Positions 62,444 through 64,000 of a DNA stretch of 64,000 nucleotides are shown one piece after another (within the stretch, counting starts at the first letter, position 1; each line of letters opens with the position of its first letter). Under the pieces are notes generated by a model. It was given only the letters and a program-made list of their open reading frames with translations. It was not told the origin of the DNA and searched no databases. This stretch comes from an uncultured Oscillospiraceae bacterium. GTDB lineage: Bacteria; Bacillota; Clostridia; Oscillospirales; Oscillospiraceae. A program made the position numbers and the translations under genes. The stretch is taken from positions 7,937 to 71,936 of the forward strand of contig CANPWM010000002.1 of the NCBI GenBank assembly GCA_947584295.1. The letters are read 5' to 3'.

Positions 62444-63823
62444 ATGAAAGAAGGAGTCATTTTGGATTCAAAATTGACAGCTTCGCGGGAATACGCGGAT
62501 CTGATAACCGGCAACCTTATGAACCACTACCGTATCCCCGGCTCCGCCTATGATGAGAACGTCAAGCGGGGGCTTCGGAACGCCGACGGCTCCGGCGTCA
62601 TCGCGGGCGTCTCCAAGATCGGCTCCGTTCGCGGCTACTACATCGAGGACGGCCAGCGCGTCCCCCACGAGGGCAAGCTTTTCTACCGGGGCTATGACGT
62701 GGAGGACATCGTCAACGCCCACCGCAGGGCGGACACCTTCGGCTATGAGGAGGTGGCCTATCTGCTGCTGTGCGGCTCCCTGCCCACCCAGGCCCAGCAG
62801 GAGCAGTTCGTGGAGATCCTCTCCGCCGCCAAGGCCCTGCCCGACGGCTTTTTTGAGAACGAGCTGATGAAGCGGCCCAGCCCCAACATCATGAACGCCA
62901 TCTCCCGGGCGGTGGTGAGCCTGTACGCCTACGACGACAACCCCGACGACACCTCCGTGGTGAACGTCCTCCGGCAGTCCATCGAGCTGATCGCCCGTAT
63001 GCCCACCATCGTGGCCCACACCTACGCCATGAAGCGGCATTATTACGACGGGGCGTCCCTCTATATCCACAACCCCAAATCCGACCTGACCCTGGCGGAG
63101 AACTTCCTGCGGCTGGCCCGACGGGACAAGAGCTACACCGACAAGGAGGCAAAGCTCTTAGACTGCCTGATGATGCTCCACGCCGAACACTCCGGCGGCA
63201 ACAACTCCACCTTCGTCTGCCGCGCCGTCACCTCCACCGGGGCCGACACCTACGGCGCTATTGCCGCCGCCATCAACTCCCTGAAGGGCCCCCTCCACGG
63301 CGGCGCCAACGAGGCTGTCATGCACATGGTGGCGGATATCCTGGCCCACGTCAAAGATCCCCGGGACGACGACGAGGTGGGCGCGTATCTGGATAAGATC
63401 CTGGACGGCAAGGCCAATGACCGCTCCGGCAAGCTCTACGGCCTGGGCCACGCCGTCTATACCGTCTCCGACCCCCGCGCCGTCACCATCAAGGAGCTGA
63501 TCGCCGAGATGGCCGAGACAAAGGGGTACAGCGACGAGTTCCTGATCGCCGAGCGGGTGGAGCGCCTGGGCGTCTCCAAGCTCATGGCCCGCAAGGGCAA
63601 GTCCATGCCTATCCCCGCCAATGTGGATCTCTACTCCGGCATCGTCTATAAGATGCTGGGGATCCCGGAGGATCTGTATACCCCCCTCTTTGCCGTCTCC
63701 CGGATCTCCGGCTGGTGCGCCCACCGGCTGGAGGAGCTGATCACCTCCGGCCGGATCATGCGCCCCGCCTACCGCTCCGCCGCCACCCGGCAGAAATATA
63801 TCCCCATCGGCGAACGCAGGTAA
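62444..63823 (+). CDS. gltA: citrate synthase
   Basis: LLCGSLPT, MLHAEHSGGNNSTF, GPLHGGANE, YGLGHAVY motifs. The in-frame TTG at 62462 has the better SD (GAAGGAG), so the start is uncertain by 6 codons. Confidence 0.9.
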   Translation: MKEGVILDSKLTASREYADLITGNLMNHYRIPGSAYDENVKRGLRNADGSGVIAGVSKIGSVRGYYIEDGQRVPHEGKLFYRGYDVEDIVNAHRRADTFGYEEVAYLLLCGSLPTQAQQEQFVEILSAAKALPDGFFENELMKRPSPNIMNAISRAVVSLYAYDDNPDDTSVVNVLRQSIELIARMPTIVAHTYAMKRHYYDGASLYIHNPKSDLTLAENFLRLARRDKSYTDKEAKLLDCLMMLHAEHSGGNNSTFVCRAVTSTGADTYGAIAAAINSLKGPLHGGANEAVMHMVADILAHVKDPRDDDEVGAYLDKILDGKANDRSGKLYGLGHAVYTVSDPRAVTIKELIAEMAETKGYSDEFLIAERVERLGVSKLMARKGKSMPIPANVDLYSGIVYKMLGIPEDLYTPLFAVSRISGWCAHRLEELITSGRIMRPAYRSAATRQKYIPIGERR

Positions 63824-63873
63824 CAGTTGACCAGAGAGGCCCGAAAAACGGGCTTCCCTCCTACGCAGTTTGG

Positions 63874-63902
63874 ATTATACCACAAGGGTGCTTATTTGTC
63901 AA
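63874..63902 (-). promoter_or_regulatory. near-consensus sigma-A promoter (copy B), antisense to citrate synthase
   Basis: Minus strand reads CACAAAAAATTAATTATTTTTATTATATTTTTA-CTTGACA-17 bp-TGGTATAAT-CCAAACTGCGTAGGAGGGAAG. The predicted TSS is about 44 nt beyond the gltA stop, pointing into gltA. Confidence 0.6.
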
Positions 63903-63948
63903 GTAAAAATATAATAAAAATAATTAATTTTTTGTGAACAACGGGCGA

Positions 63949-63982
63949 GAGCCGCCGGGTGATCCGGCGGCTCCGCTTTTTT
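63949..63982 (+). terminator. intrinsic terminator (probable end of the gltA transcript)
   Basis: GAGCCGCCGG-gtgat-CCGGCGGCTC followed by CGCTTTTTT. It lies beyond the antisense promoter, so the sense 3' UTR would span that promoter. Confidence 0.75.
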
Positions 63983-64000
63983 CGCCACATTTTACAAAAT

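Overview
GC-rich (about 60-65% G+C by eye) chromosomal segment from a spore-forming Clostridia-class Firmicute. Gene content and codon style suggest an Oscillospiraceae/Ruminococcaceae-like organism, which is inference only. Most of the window is housekeeping. It carries: yabP-yabQ-divIC-yabR; an M23 peptidase; tRNA-Ser(GGA); mnmG; TPP riboswitch-thiT; pgk-tpiA-gpmI; trmL; lgt plus an M16 peptidase pair; asnB; trkH-trkA; sfsA; nrdD/nrdG with NrdR boxes; spoIID; tmcAL; ackA; a long minus-strand envelope operon (murJ, O-antigen-ligase-like, GT4, two DUF4330-like, a GT4-CsaB fusion, M16C protease); obg; xpaC-telA-TPM; and icd-acn divergent from citrate synthase. No rRNA, CRISPR array, transposase, integrase or recognisable defence operon was seen. 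The unusual content is mostly non-coding. (1) Three interspersed repeat families form BIME-like mosaics in several spacers. One family, R2 (about 108 nt, 5 copies), has two helices kept by compensatory changes. It sits in the apical loop of GC-rich palindromes, and matching empty sites occur elsewhere in this window. One R2 copy supplies the last codons and the stop of aconitase. (2) A 1.04-kb transposase-less cassette has 24-bp terminal inverted repeats and a perfect 8-bp target duplication. It carries one membrane-protein gene (MIC-like). (3) A 260-bp MITE-like insertion with 20-bp inverted ends separates nrdD from nrdG. (4) Four near-consensus sigma-A promoters (UP element, CTTGACA, 17 bp, TGGTATAAT) each lie just beyond the stop codon of a gene and point back into it. 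Two of them are near-identical modules. (5) A RelB/ParE toxin-antitoxin cassette next to tRNA-Ser is bracketed by direct copies of a palindromic repeat. (6) There are several odd gene architectures: a signal-less ParB/Srx-like-Bmp fusion with a phosphoesterase; an anSME-type radical SAM enzyme with no sulfatase nearby; and an orphan Spo0A_C-like protein. All functional calls rest on reading the translated ORFs and motifs; no database search was possible.
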